Part shown: piece after piece, positions 1 to 7,945 of the stretch
Layout of the letters: every line of letters starts with the position of its first letter
Position numbering within the stretch: position 1 is the first letter of the stretch
Origin: an uncultured Acidobacteriota bacterium
GTDB taxonomy: Bacteria; Acidobacteriota; Vicinamibacteria; Vicinamibacterales; SCN-69-37
Assembly (NCBI GenBank): GCA_963849525.1
Contig: CAWKHL010000004.1
Coordinates: 196,999-260,998 of the forward strand
Direction: 5' to 3'
Length of the DNA: 64,000 nt
Position numbers and translations under genes: made by a program
The notes under the pieces: generated by a model
The model's input: only the letters and a program-made list of their open reading frames with translations
What the model was told of the DNA's origin: nothing
The model's database searches: none

Positions 1-75
1 AGTCGTACAGGAGCCAGCCGTCGAGGTGTTCGCCCGCAAGTGCCCGCTGGACGGCCGGCACGGAGAGCGCCACGC

Positions 76-534
76 TCACATCTCCCCGTTCCAGTCCTCG
101 GGCTCGGCGGCCGTCGATCGGAAGACTTCGAGGTGCCACTTGCCGCCGCCCCATGGCTCGATCACGTCGGCGGCCACGACGTCGATCAGGATCTCGGCGA
201 ACGTGCGGCGCTCCGGATCGCTGTCGAGGTGGTACGCCTCGTCCTCCCAGACGAACGTGGGATAGAGCATCAGCGTGAGGAAGAGGTCGTAGCCGTCGTC
301 GAGCACGAGCAGCTGGCCGACCGGGCGCTTCTGCGTGGCGTGATAGACGAGGTATTTTTCGGCGCTGTGCGCGCGGATGTAGCGCTTGAGCGTGAACTCG
401 CGGCCGACGACGTCCTCGATCGCGATCTTCTTGTCCCAGCAGTCGCGGCAATAGCGGGCGTCGCCCCGCGGCTCGGACACGTCTTTCGTGCCGCACACGG
501 CGCACCGTACGGGTTCGGTCGTCTTTCTGGCCAC
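76..534 (-). CDS. hypothetical protein with zinc-ribbon-like CxxC...CxxC N-terminus
   Basis: ORF 76..711 trimmed to the in-frame GTG at 534. That GTG lies 7 nt downstream of a TATAAT (542-547, minus strand) and clears the glgP stop at 594. The N-terminus carries CAVCG...CRDC. No family recognised. Confidence 0.45.
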   Translation of the reverse strand: MARKTTEPVRCAVCGTKDVSEPRGDARYCRDCWDKKIAIEDVVGREFTLKRYIRAHSAEKYLVYHATQKRPVGQLLVLDDGYDLFLTLMLYPTFVWEDEAYHLDSDPERRTFAEILIDVVAADVIEPWGGGKWHLEVFRSTAAEPEDWNGEM

Positions 535-593
535 GAAGGGGATTATATCGAGTCCGTGCGGATCGGCTGGTTCGCCGAACCGGCGGGCCGAGG

Positions 594-2739
594 TCAGGAC
601 GGCGGCCGGAACGCCGGCGCGTAGGCGTGCCGGACGTAGTCCTTCAGCATGCGCCGCGAGCTGAAGCGGGGGGTGACGCTGGCGATGGCCTGCTTGACCA
701 GCGCGAGCCATCGCCGCGGCACGCCGAGCGCATCGCGGTCGTAGAAGGCCGGCACGACTTCACGCTCGAGCAGGGTGTAGAGCGCGTTCGCGTCGGCTTC
801 ATCGGTCGCCTGGTGGTCGGCCTCCGGGGCGCCGCCGGCGATGAGCCACCCGTTCTGCCCCGTGTAGCCTTCCGCCCACCATCCGTCGCCGATGCTCAGG
901 TGGAGGACGCCGTTCATCGACGCCTTCATGCCGCTCGTTCCGCTCGCCTCGAGCGGCTTGCGCGGCGTGTTGAGCCACACGTCGCAGCCCTGCACGAGGA
1001 AGTGCGCGACGTGCAGGTCGTAGTCGTCGATGAACGCGACCCGGCCGACGAGCCGCGGGTCGAGCGCGTGCCGGAAGACGTCCTGCAGGCGGTGCTTGCC
1101 GGCTTCGTCGGCCGGATGCGCCTTGCCGGCAAAGACGAGCTGCAGCGGACGCTGCTCGTGGGCCACGAGGCGGATCAGCCGGTCGAGGTCGCGAAAGATC
1201 AACTCGGGCCGTTTGTAGGCGGTGAATCGGCGCGCGAATCCGACCGTGAGGGCGTGCGGGTCGAGCATGACGCCGCTCGCGACGAGCCGATTCGCGCCCG
1301 TCGGGTCTTCGGTCCAGCGCAGCCGCGCGCGCTCGCGGACGAATTGGGAGAGGTAGTCGCGCAGCGCCTCGCGGGCGGCCCACAGCGCTTCGTCGGGAAT
1401 TTCGAGGACGCGGGCCCAGAAGCGCTCGTCCTCGTAGTGGTCGAGCCAGTCGGCGCCGAGGTGCCGATCGAAGACGCGAGCCAGCGCCGGCGAGACCCAC
1501 GACGGCACGTGGACGCCGTTGGTGATGGCGCCGACCGGCCGATCGGCTGGCGCCACGTCCGGCCAGAGCGGCGCGAACATCGCCGTCGTGACGTCGCGAT
1601 GCAACTGGCTGACCGCGTTGATGGCGCCGGCCGAGCGCATGGCCAGGGCTGTCATGTTGAACTGCGGGCCGTCGCCCTGGTCGTAGTGTCCGAGCTGCAG
1701 GAAGTTGTCGCGGTTCTCGCCCATCGATCCCCAGCACCCGGCCAGGTGCTGCTCGACCAGATGAAAGGGAAACGCGTCGTGGCCCGCCGGCACCGGCGTG
1801 TGCGTGGTGAACGCGGTCGTGCGCCGAACTTCGACGAGCGCCTGCGCCCACGTGTGGCCGGCGGCGAGCAGATCGCGCAGCCGCTGGAGGACGACGAAGG
1901 CCGCATGGCCTTCGTTCAGGTGCCAGACCGCCGGCTGCGACGCCGAGCGTGCGAAGCGCCTGGACGCCGCCCAAGCCGAGCAGGATCTCCTGCTGCAAGC
2001 GCGTGTCCTGCCCCCCGCCGTAGAGCCGCGCGGAGAGCTCGCGATCCCACGGGGCGTTGGCGTCGAGATTGGTGTCGAGGAGCAGGAGGCGCACTCGTCC
2101 GAGCCGCACTTCCCAGACCTGCACCAGCACGGTGCGCCCGCCGAGCGGCACGAGCACGACGCACGGTGTGTCGTCGGGCGTCCTGGCCGGCGCGATCGGC
2201 GCATCCGCCCAGTTGAGTTGCTCGTAGACTTCCCGCTGGACGCCTTCGGCGGAGATCCGCTGTCGGAAGTAGCCCTGCGGGTACATGAAGCCGACGCCAA
2301 TCAGCGGGACCCCGAGATCGCAGGCTTCCTTGCAGTGGTCGCCCGCCAGCACGCCCAGCCCGCCGGCATAGATGGGCAGCGATTGGTGCAGCGCGAACTC
2401 CGCGGAGAAGTACGCCACGACCCGCGATCGGCCCAGCTTCACGTGCTCGTCCCACCACGTGCGTCCCGCGGCCATCGAGGCGCGCATCCGGTCGAACGCC
2501 GTCATCGCGGCCGCATAGACGCTACCGAAGCCAGGGTCGGCCGCCGCCCGCTCGAGCGTCTCGCGATCGATCCGCCGGAGCATCCGCACCGGATTGTGAT
2601 CGGTCTGCCGCCAGAGGCGGTAGTCCAGCCGACGGAAGACCTCACGGGCCGGCGGATTCCACGTCCACCAGATGTCGGAGGCCAACTCGTGGAGGCGGCC
2701 AATCGCGGGGGGCAGCTGAACTGGGCCGGGAAGTGTCAT
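594..2739 (-). CDS. glgP: alpha-glucan (glycogen/maltodextrin) phosphorylase, frameshifted as sequenced near 1938
   Basis: The N-terminal frame (799..2856 ORF, ATG at 2739) reads MTLPGPVQLPP...YFSAEFALHQSLPIYAGGLGVLAGDH. The C-terminal frame (594..2300 ORF) reads WHLNEGHAAF...ITNGVHVPSW...ASGTSGMKASMNG. The frames join at LGV|QPAVWHLNEGH with one extra nucleotide. Confidence 0.9.
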
Positions 2740-2897
2740 GCTGGCGCGTCGAAAGCCTCGGCCGCAGATGCGGCCCGGCGATGCTGATGATCGTAACACC
2801 CGCGAGAGGGGACCGTCGCCCCGGCGGCCGCCGGGGCGGCACGACTGGTCCACCATTTATGATGTGACCCGGCAGGGTGTTCGGAAGGAGCGTGGGA

Positions 2898-3335
2898 ATG
2901 GCCGTTGAAGTGGGAATCCATAGGCTCGACTCGTCGGTCACGCCGCCCGTGTACCAGACGCGCGGATCGGCGGGGTTCGACCTGGCCTCGTCGGCCGACC
3001 TCACGGTGGCGCCAGGCGAGGTCGCGCTGGTGCCGACCGGCCTGGTCATTCAGGTGCCGGCGGGCCACTTTCTCGGCGTCTTCGCGCGAAGCAGCACGCC
3101 GCTCAAGCGCGGCCTCATGGTCGCCAACGGCGTCGGCGTCGTCAACCCCGACTACTGCGGTCCCAACGACGAGATCAAGATCGAGGTGTTCAACTTCACG
3201 AGCGCGCCCGTGAGCGTGCGGCGCGGCGACCGGCTGGCGCAGGGCGTGATCGTGCCGTTCGTCCAGGCGGCATGGCGCGACCTGGATGCGGCGCCGTCCT
3301 CCGAGACGCGCGGAGGGTTCGGCGCGACGGGCTGA
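2898..3335 (+). CDS. dut: dUTP diphosphatase
   Basis: Motifs GSAGFDL, PTGL, ARSS, GVVNPDYCG and RGGFGATG. A GGAAGGAG Shine-Dalgarno sits 7 nt upstream of the ATG at 2898. Confidence 0.9.
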   Translation: MAVEVGIHRLDSSVTPPVYQTRGSAGFDLASSADLTVAPGEVALVPTGLVIQVPAGHFLGVFARSSTPLKRGLMVANGVGVVNPDYCGPNDEIKIEVFNFTSAPVSVRRGDRLAQGVIVPFVQAAWRDLDAAPSSETRGGFGATG

Positions 3336-3360
3336 CGCATCTCTTGCCGATCCGCGCACG

Positions 3361-4098
3361 CTACTTGCCGCGAACGACGTAGACGGCGGCGCTCTCCGGC
3401 GTCGAGACGGGGACAACGCGCCAACCGTGGCCGCGCCCGTGTCCGGCCACGACGGTCCGTCCCGAGATGACGCCGACCATGCTGCCGAAGACGACGTCGC
3501 TCAGCCAGTGATGGTTGCCGCGCACGCGCGTCCAGCCGATGAAGCCGGCCGCGGCGTACGCCGCGACGCCGGCCTTCCATCCCAGGTGCGACTCGATCAC
3601 GGTCGCCGAGGCGAATGACGCCGAGCTGTGCCCGGACGGGAAGGACCGCGGTCCGCCGTTCGGCCGCGTCCGCGCCCAGGTGAACTTGAGCGCCGTCGTC
3701 AGCACGCCGTTCAGGGCCTGGGCCCGAATCAGGTCGCTGCCGAGCGCGGTGACCGTGGGGGCGCGGGCGAGCCGGCCCGCCGCGTAGGTCGCCACCGCGC
3801 CGCCGCCTTGGAACCACCCGTTGCCGATCGTCCCGCCGATGCGCGTATAGGACGTCGGGCCGGATCGGGCCACCCAATCCGCAATCTGGGTATCGGTCGT
3901 GCGAGCCCCGGCGGCGCCCACGAGGCCAACGGCCATCGTCGCCGCCGTTTCGAGGCGCGGCAGCGCCTCGAGGTCGTGGCCGAGATTCTGGACGAGGTGT
4001 GAGAGGGGTTCGTGGCCGTGCTGGGGCGCCGGCGCCGCCGGAGGAGGGACGCTGCGCAAGGTGAGCGCAACGAGAATCCAGGCCGCGTTGTTGAGCAC
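3361..4098 (-). CDS. PAP2 (phosphatidic acid phosphatase type 2) family phosphatase
   Basis: PAP2 motifs KFTWARTRP, PSGHSS and RVRGNHHWLSDV. The start is set at GTG 4098, giving a signal-like VLNNAAWILVALTL. The long upstream part of ORF 3361..4674 overlaps the opposite-strand HYR remnant. Confidence 0.8.
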   Translation of the reverse strand: MLNNAAWILVALTLRSVPPPAAPAPQHGHEPLSHLVQNLGHDLEALPRLETAATMAVGLVGAAGARTTDTQIADWVARSGPTSYTRIGGTIGNGWFQGGGAVATYAAGRLARAPTVTALGSDLIRAQALNGVLTTALKFTWARTRPNGGPRSFPSGHSSASFASATVIESHLGWKAGVAAYAAAGFIGWTRVRGNHHWLSDVVFGSMVGVISGRTVVAGHGRGHGWRVVPVSTPESAAVYVVRGK

Positions 4099-4162
4099 GG
4101 CGTGTGAGGGTATCAGGTTTCCGTAAAGCGCTTCATGAAGCCCCGCGGTCTCGTACTGGTAA

Positions 4163-5088
4163 CGCAGCCGCGCGCGAATCGTAGCGTCACAGTCATCCCG
4201 TGCCGATCGAGGGGTTGACCCCACTCCAAAGCGTGCCCCTCGCGCGAACGGGTTCCGCGCCGTGGCCGCGTTTGCGGTGACGGTATCTGACACGACGGCG
4301 CCGGTGTTGACCGTGCCGTCTGACATCACGGTGTCCGCCTCAGCCGCGAACGGTGCGACCGTTGGCGTGGCCGCGACGGCGGTTGACCTCGTCAATGGGA
4401 CAGTGGCCGTTGCCTGCTCGACACCGGCCGGACCGGTCTCGGGTGACACGCTGTTCGCGATCGGCACCACCACGGTCGCGTGTGTCTCGGTAGACGCGCA
4501 CGGCAACGCCGCCGCGCCAGCCGCGTTCACCGTGACGGTGACTGATGTGACGACGCCGGGCGAAATGCATGGCGACGGGTTCATCAAAGACGGCGCGGAC
4601 AAGTACGACTTCAAGTTCGACGTCCGCGAACGCGCATCCGGAGAGGAGCGCGGCAACTTCTCGCTCGAGGTCAACTACGGACCGTCGTCGAAAGACGACG
4701 ACCGTGAGGACGACAAGGGTGGCAAGAAGGACGACAAGAAGGACAACAAGCGGAGCAAGTCGAAGGTCCAACAGCGCGAGGACGACAGGTTCCGGTCGAA
4801 CGGCGTTGACGTTTGTTGCCTTCAGTGATGATCCGTCGATTCAGCCGGGTCGAAGCCGCAAGCCACAGATCGACACGGCACCCTTCGCACGTGGAACGGC
4901 CAGGCCGGCTACACGTCCGAGGTCCAGGCTGTCGATCAGGGCGAACCCGGCCGGCATCGCGAGTCCATCTTGATCGTCATTCGCGACGGCTCGGCCAGAG
5001 TGTGGCGCAGGCGAGCGGCGACCTCGATGGTGGCAACGTCCAGTCGAAGCGCATTGATCACGGCAAGGGGCACGACAAGGGCCGGTAG
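4163..5088 (+). pseudogene. 5'-truncated surface-protein remnant (HYR-like domain plus post-COAP-like C-terminal domain) with three frame changes
   Basis: An HYR-like segment reads DTTAPVLTVPSDITV...GTTTVACVSVDAHGNAA. A Lys/Asp-rich linker follows. FSDDPSIQPG..QIDT then reads in frame 0, TWNGQAGYTSEVQAVDQGEPGRHRESILIVIRDG in frame 2, and GQSVAQASGDLDGGNVQSKRI in frame 1. No signal peptide or credible N-terminus follows the stop at 4160. Confidence 0.6.
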
Positions 5089-5104
5089 GCCGGTTGTGCC
5101 GGAC

Positions 5105-5465
5105 CTACTGCTTGGTGCACAGCGCGTAGCCGCTGCACTGATTCCCGACCAGGTCGCAGCCGGCTGAGGCGTTGCTCTGCGTATCGACGGGGGCGGCGCC
5201 GCCATTGTAGGTGTGCCATGAATACCCCACCAGCCCGATCCCGGCAACCCCGACTTGGCAATACCCCAGGACTCCGGACGGCAGGCCCTGCGTCTGCAGA
5301 TTGGCCTGCGTGGTGCCGCAGAAGTAAAAGCCGATGCTCGAACAGGTCCTGCTCGCCGGTCTGTTTCGTGACGGGCGCCAGCGGGTTGATGCACCCGTCA
5401 CCCATGCCCGCGAGGCACACGCAGAGGAGGACGAGCATCAAGGCCGAGTTTCGCGTCCGTTTCAT
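5105..5465 (-). CDS. small secreted cysteine-rich protein, frameshifted as sequenced near 5340
   Basis: The ATG at 5465 has a GGGAGG Shine-Dalgarno and encodes the signal peptide MKRTRNSALMLVLLCVCLAG. The mature part is in another frame (ORF 5105..5401) and carries six Cys (TCSS, FYFCG, GYCQ, AGCD, NQCSG, ALCTKQ). Confidence 0.5.
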
Positions 5466-5888
5466 GCCGCAACCTCCCGGCGCTTTGTTGTATCACAGAG
5501 AACTACGCAACCGCGGGGTCGGGGGAGGGGATCCGTTGGGGTGGACGTCCGAGAATGGGCGGCATGTCCCCGTTCCGACTGCGCTAATACTTCCTTCTAT
5601 GAGGCGTCCCGTTGTCAAGCCCCCGGTGATCTTCACACCTTCGAACACACTCCCGCCCGGAGCGGGCTCCTCATGAGCCGAGGCGGAGGGCGGCGCCGCG
5701 CGTGATTCGACGTCCCGCCGGATCTGAGTAGCGTTTGGGTTTGGTCACAATGGAACCGACGCGACCAGCGCGCGGGGGTGGTGCCCGACGCGGACTAATT
5801 TCCCCGCACTGGGTAACACTCGCGCTCATCGAGGCACGGGAACTCTGCGCGTTGCCGGTTGAGCTGGATCTGGCTATGCTCAGACGTG

Positions 5889-6116
5889 ATGACGCGGGAG
5901 GCCGAAAAGGACTACGTACGGCGATGGGTAGAGACCGGGCAGTTGCTCGCCGACCTGCGATGGCGTGAGCTTCGTGCGCTGGATTCCACAACAGCCCTTC
6001 GCGCGTCCGAGCAGTTGATCGCCGCCGCACTTCGCGTGCCGTTGCCGGCGAGCCGCCGCGAGTGGTCAGGGCTCGTCGAGTGGCAAGACCTGCTCCACGC
6101 TCGTACGTCGTCGTGA
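5889..6116 (+). CDS. small protein (75 aa) translationally coupled to the downstream nucleotidyltransferase
   Basis: In-frame ATG at 5889 (MTREAEKDYVRRWVETGQLLADLRWRELRAL...). Its TGA overlaps the GTG of the next gene (GTGA at 6113-6116). Confidence 0.55.
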   Translation: MTREAEKDYVRRWVETGQLLADLRWRELRALDSTTALRASEQLIAAALRVPLPASRREWSGLVEWQDLLHARTSS

Positions 6117-6682
6117 ACGCGCTCTTCGCCGCCGCCGCCGATATCGAAGCGTTCTGCGCCGAGCAGCGATGGAAGATCGCCGTGATCGGCGGTCTCGCCG
6201 TTCAGCGATGGGGCGAACCCCGGCAGACCCGGGACGTCGATCTCACGCTCCTCACGGGCCTTGGAGGAGAGGCGGCCTTTGTTGATGCCCTCCTGCTTCG
6301 TTACACGCCGCGGTTTCCCGATGCGCGCCGCTTTGCCCTCGAACGGCGCGTGCTGCTCATTGAAACAGCCGACCACATTCCACTCGACATCTCACTTGGC
6401 GGGTTGCCGTACGAATCGCGCGTGATCGCCAGAGCGACCCCGTTTGAGTTCGAGCCCGGCATTCCCGTCACCACGTGTTCCGCGGAAGATCTGGTCATCT
6501 TGAAGGCCTTCGCCGGACGCCCCCAGGACTGGCTTGACGTAGAGGGCACCGTCGTTCGCCAGGGGCCGCGTCTGAACCGCCAGCGCGTGCTTGAAGAATT
6601 GCGCCCGCTGCTCGATCTGAAGCAAGACGACGAGGGTGAACAGACACTGGCCGCGTTGTTCAAGAAGCATCCAGCGCGCTGA
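6113..6682 (+). CDS. minimal nucleotidyltransferase-fold protein (~189 aa)
   Basis: GG-x(9-13)-DxD NTase signature in IAVIGGLAVQRWGEPRQTRDVDL. C-terminal motif EDLVILKAFAGRPQDWLDV. The GTG start overlaps the upstream stop. Confidence 0.7.
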   Translation: MNALFAAAADIEAFCAEQRWKIAVIGGLAVQRWGEPRQTRDVDLTLLTGLGGEAAFVDALLLRYTPRFPDARRFALERRVLLIETADHIPLDISLGGLPYESRVIARATPFEFEPGIPVTTCSAEDLVILKAFAGRPQDWLDVEGTVVRQGPRLNRQRVLEELRPLLDLKQDDEGEQTLAALFKKHPAR

Positions 6683-7038
6683 TTGATGCGTCTGTCCGCA
6701 AGTCGTGAACTGACCCACCAGCCCAACCATCTCTTCGAAGGGACACCCGACCGCGCCATGGCCTGCCTGGTTGCCCGGGCGGGAGTCCCGGCTGATGGGT
6801 CTGAACGGGGGAGCCGAAAGATCCGAGAACGAGCATTGTGTCACCCAGGCGACCGCGCTAATGCGTCTGTCGTTGGACGCGCCGTTGGGGGCGGCCTGAG
6901 CCTGAGGCCAGAGCGCGCGAAGTTGTGCCGAGCGGTGCCGGTCTTTCCGCCGCGATGGGCCGTGAACGCGATGTTGAACTCGCCGGCTGACCCCTCACCC
7001 ACCACAGTGCCCAGGCACTCACTACTTGCCCCACCATG

Positions 7039-7073
7039 TTTACAAAGCTTGCGTATTCTGTACAATCTGTACA
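7039..7073 (+). promoter_or_regulatory. near-consensus sigma-70-type promoter with twin TGTACA palindromes upstream of phd
   Basis: TTTACA (7039-7044), a 16-nt spacer, then TACAAT (7061-7066). The ATG at 7076 is 9 nt downstream. TGTACA occurs at 7059-7064 and 7068-7073. Confidence 0.55.
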
Positions 7074-7075
7074 AA

Positions 7076-7348
7076 ATGAACAGAACGGACGGAGAACCAC
7101 GTTTGACCAAACTCGCCGCCACGACTCTTCGGAGCGCTTTCGCAGACACCATCAATCGGGTGGCCTACCAGGGCGAACGCATCGCGCTCGAACGGCACGG
7201 AAAGACCGTCGCGGCCCTTGTCAGTGTGGAGGATCTCGAGCTGCTCGAAGCCCTCGAAAACCGGACGGACCTTGCGGCCGCCCGGAAGGCGCTCAAGGAA
7301 CCCGGCCGCCGTCGTTGGGAAAAGGTCAAGGCTGATCTCGGCCTGTAG
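7076..7348 (+). CDS. Phd/YefM-family type II antitoxin
   Basis: The 90-aa protein reads ...LRSAFADTINRVAYQGERIALERHGKTVAALVSVEDLELLEALE..., a typical Phd/YefM N-terminal fold. It lies immediately upstream of a RelE/ParE toxin. Confidence 0.85.
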   Translation: MNRTDGEPRLTKLAATTLRSAFADTINRVAYQGERIALERHGKTVAALVSVEDLELLEALENRTDLAAARKALKEPGRRRWEKVKADLGL

Positions 7349-7356
7349 GCGAGCGT

Positions 7357-7629
7357 ATGGCCGGCGCCTCGCCGTACGTCGTCTACCTGACGCCCTCCGC
7401 CGAACGGGCGCTCAGGAAGGTCAAAGACGACACCGCCCGCCGCCGCATCGTGAAAGCGATCGACCGGCTCACCACCAACCCGCGACCGTCAGGCGCCGTT
7501 GCGATTCAGGGCGGCGACGGGTTACTGCGCGTCCGCGCCGGCGACTACCGCATTCTCTACACCGTGGATGACGACGTGTGGACCGTGCTCGTCGTGACCA
7601 TCGGTCACCGCCGCGCCGTGTATCGATAG
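7357..7629 (+). CDS. RelE/ParE-family type II toxin
   Basis: The 90-aa protein contains ...RRRIVKAIDRLTTNPRPSGAVAIQGGDGLLRVRAGDYRILYTVDDDVWTVLVVTIGHRRAVY. Confidence 0.85.
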   Translation: MAGASPYVVYLTPSAERALRKVKDDTARRRIVKAIDRLTTNPRPSGAVAIQGGDGLLRVRAGDYRILYTVDDDVWTVLVVTIGHRRAVYR

Positions 7630-7647
7630 CGCATTTCGCGAACCCTC

Positions 7648-7945
7648 AGGCGCGCAGGCGCGCCCGCCGGAGCGGCGCGGGGCACGCGGGGCCCCGCAAG
7701 CGACGGCGAGAGGGGGCCGGCGGGGCGAAGCCCCCCGGTCTGGATCTCTAGGCGCGCAGGGCGCGCCCCGCCGGAGCGGCGCGGGGCACGCGGGGCCCCG
7801 CAAGCGACGGCGAGAGGGGGTCCGGCGGGGCGAAGCCCCCGGTCTGATTAGGCGCGCAGGGCGCGCCCCGCCGGAGCGGCGCGGGGCACGCGGGGCCCCG
7901 CAAGCGACGGCGAGAGGGGGTCCGGCGGGGCGAAGCCCCCCGGTC
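7648..7945. repeat. three tandem copies of a ~96-bp GC-rich multi-palindromic unit
   Basis: Units lie at 7648-7742, 7750-7846 and 7850-7945, near-identical and separated by 7 and 3 nt. Each carries GGCGCGC-AGG-GCGCGCC, GCGGGGCCCCGC and CCGGCGGGGC-GAA-GCCCCCGG hairpins. Confidence 0.95.

Noticed and set aside
627-2216. Long antisense or off-frame ORFs throughout the window, for example 627..2216 +, 10170..11900 -, 13575..14495 -, 15133..16530 -, 24486..26003 -, 25804..26913 -, 36944..38464 - and 43220..44227 +.
   Set aside because: Their Arg/Ala/Pro/Gly-rich low-complexity translations are typical of shadow ORFs in GC-rich DNA. Each overlaps a gene with clear family motifs on the other strand or in another frame.
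5488-5497. A shared 10-mer TGTGATACAA just upstream of the ribosome-binding sites of two minus-strand genes (5488-5497 and 48585-48594).
   Set aside because: A single 10-nt match is within chance expectation for a window this size, and no further shared context was seen.
7648-7945. Possible CRISPR array because of the regular repeats.
   Set aside because: The units are ~96 bp and the spacers only 3-7 nt. There are no unique spacer sequences and no cas genes, so this is a tandem repeat rather than CRISPR.
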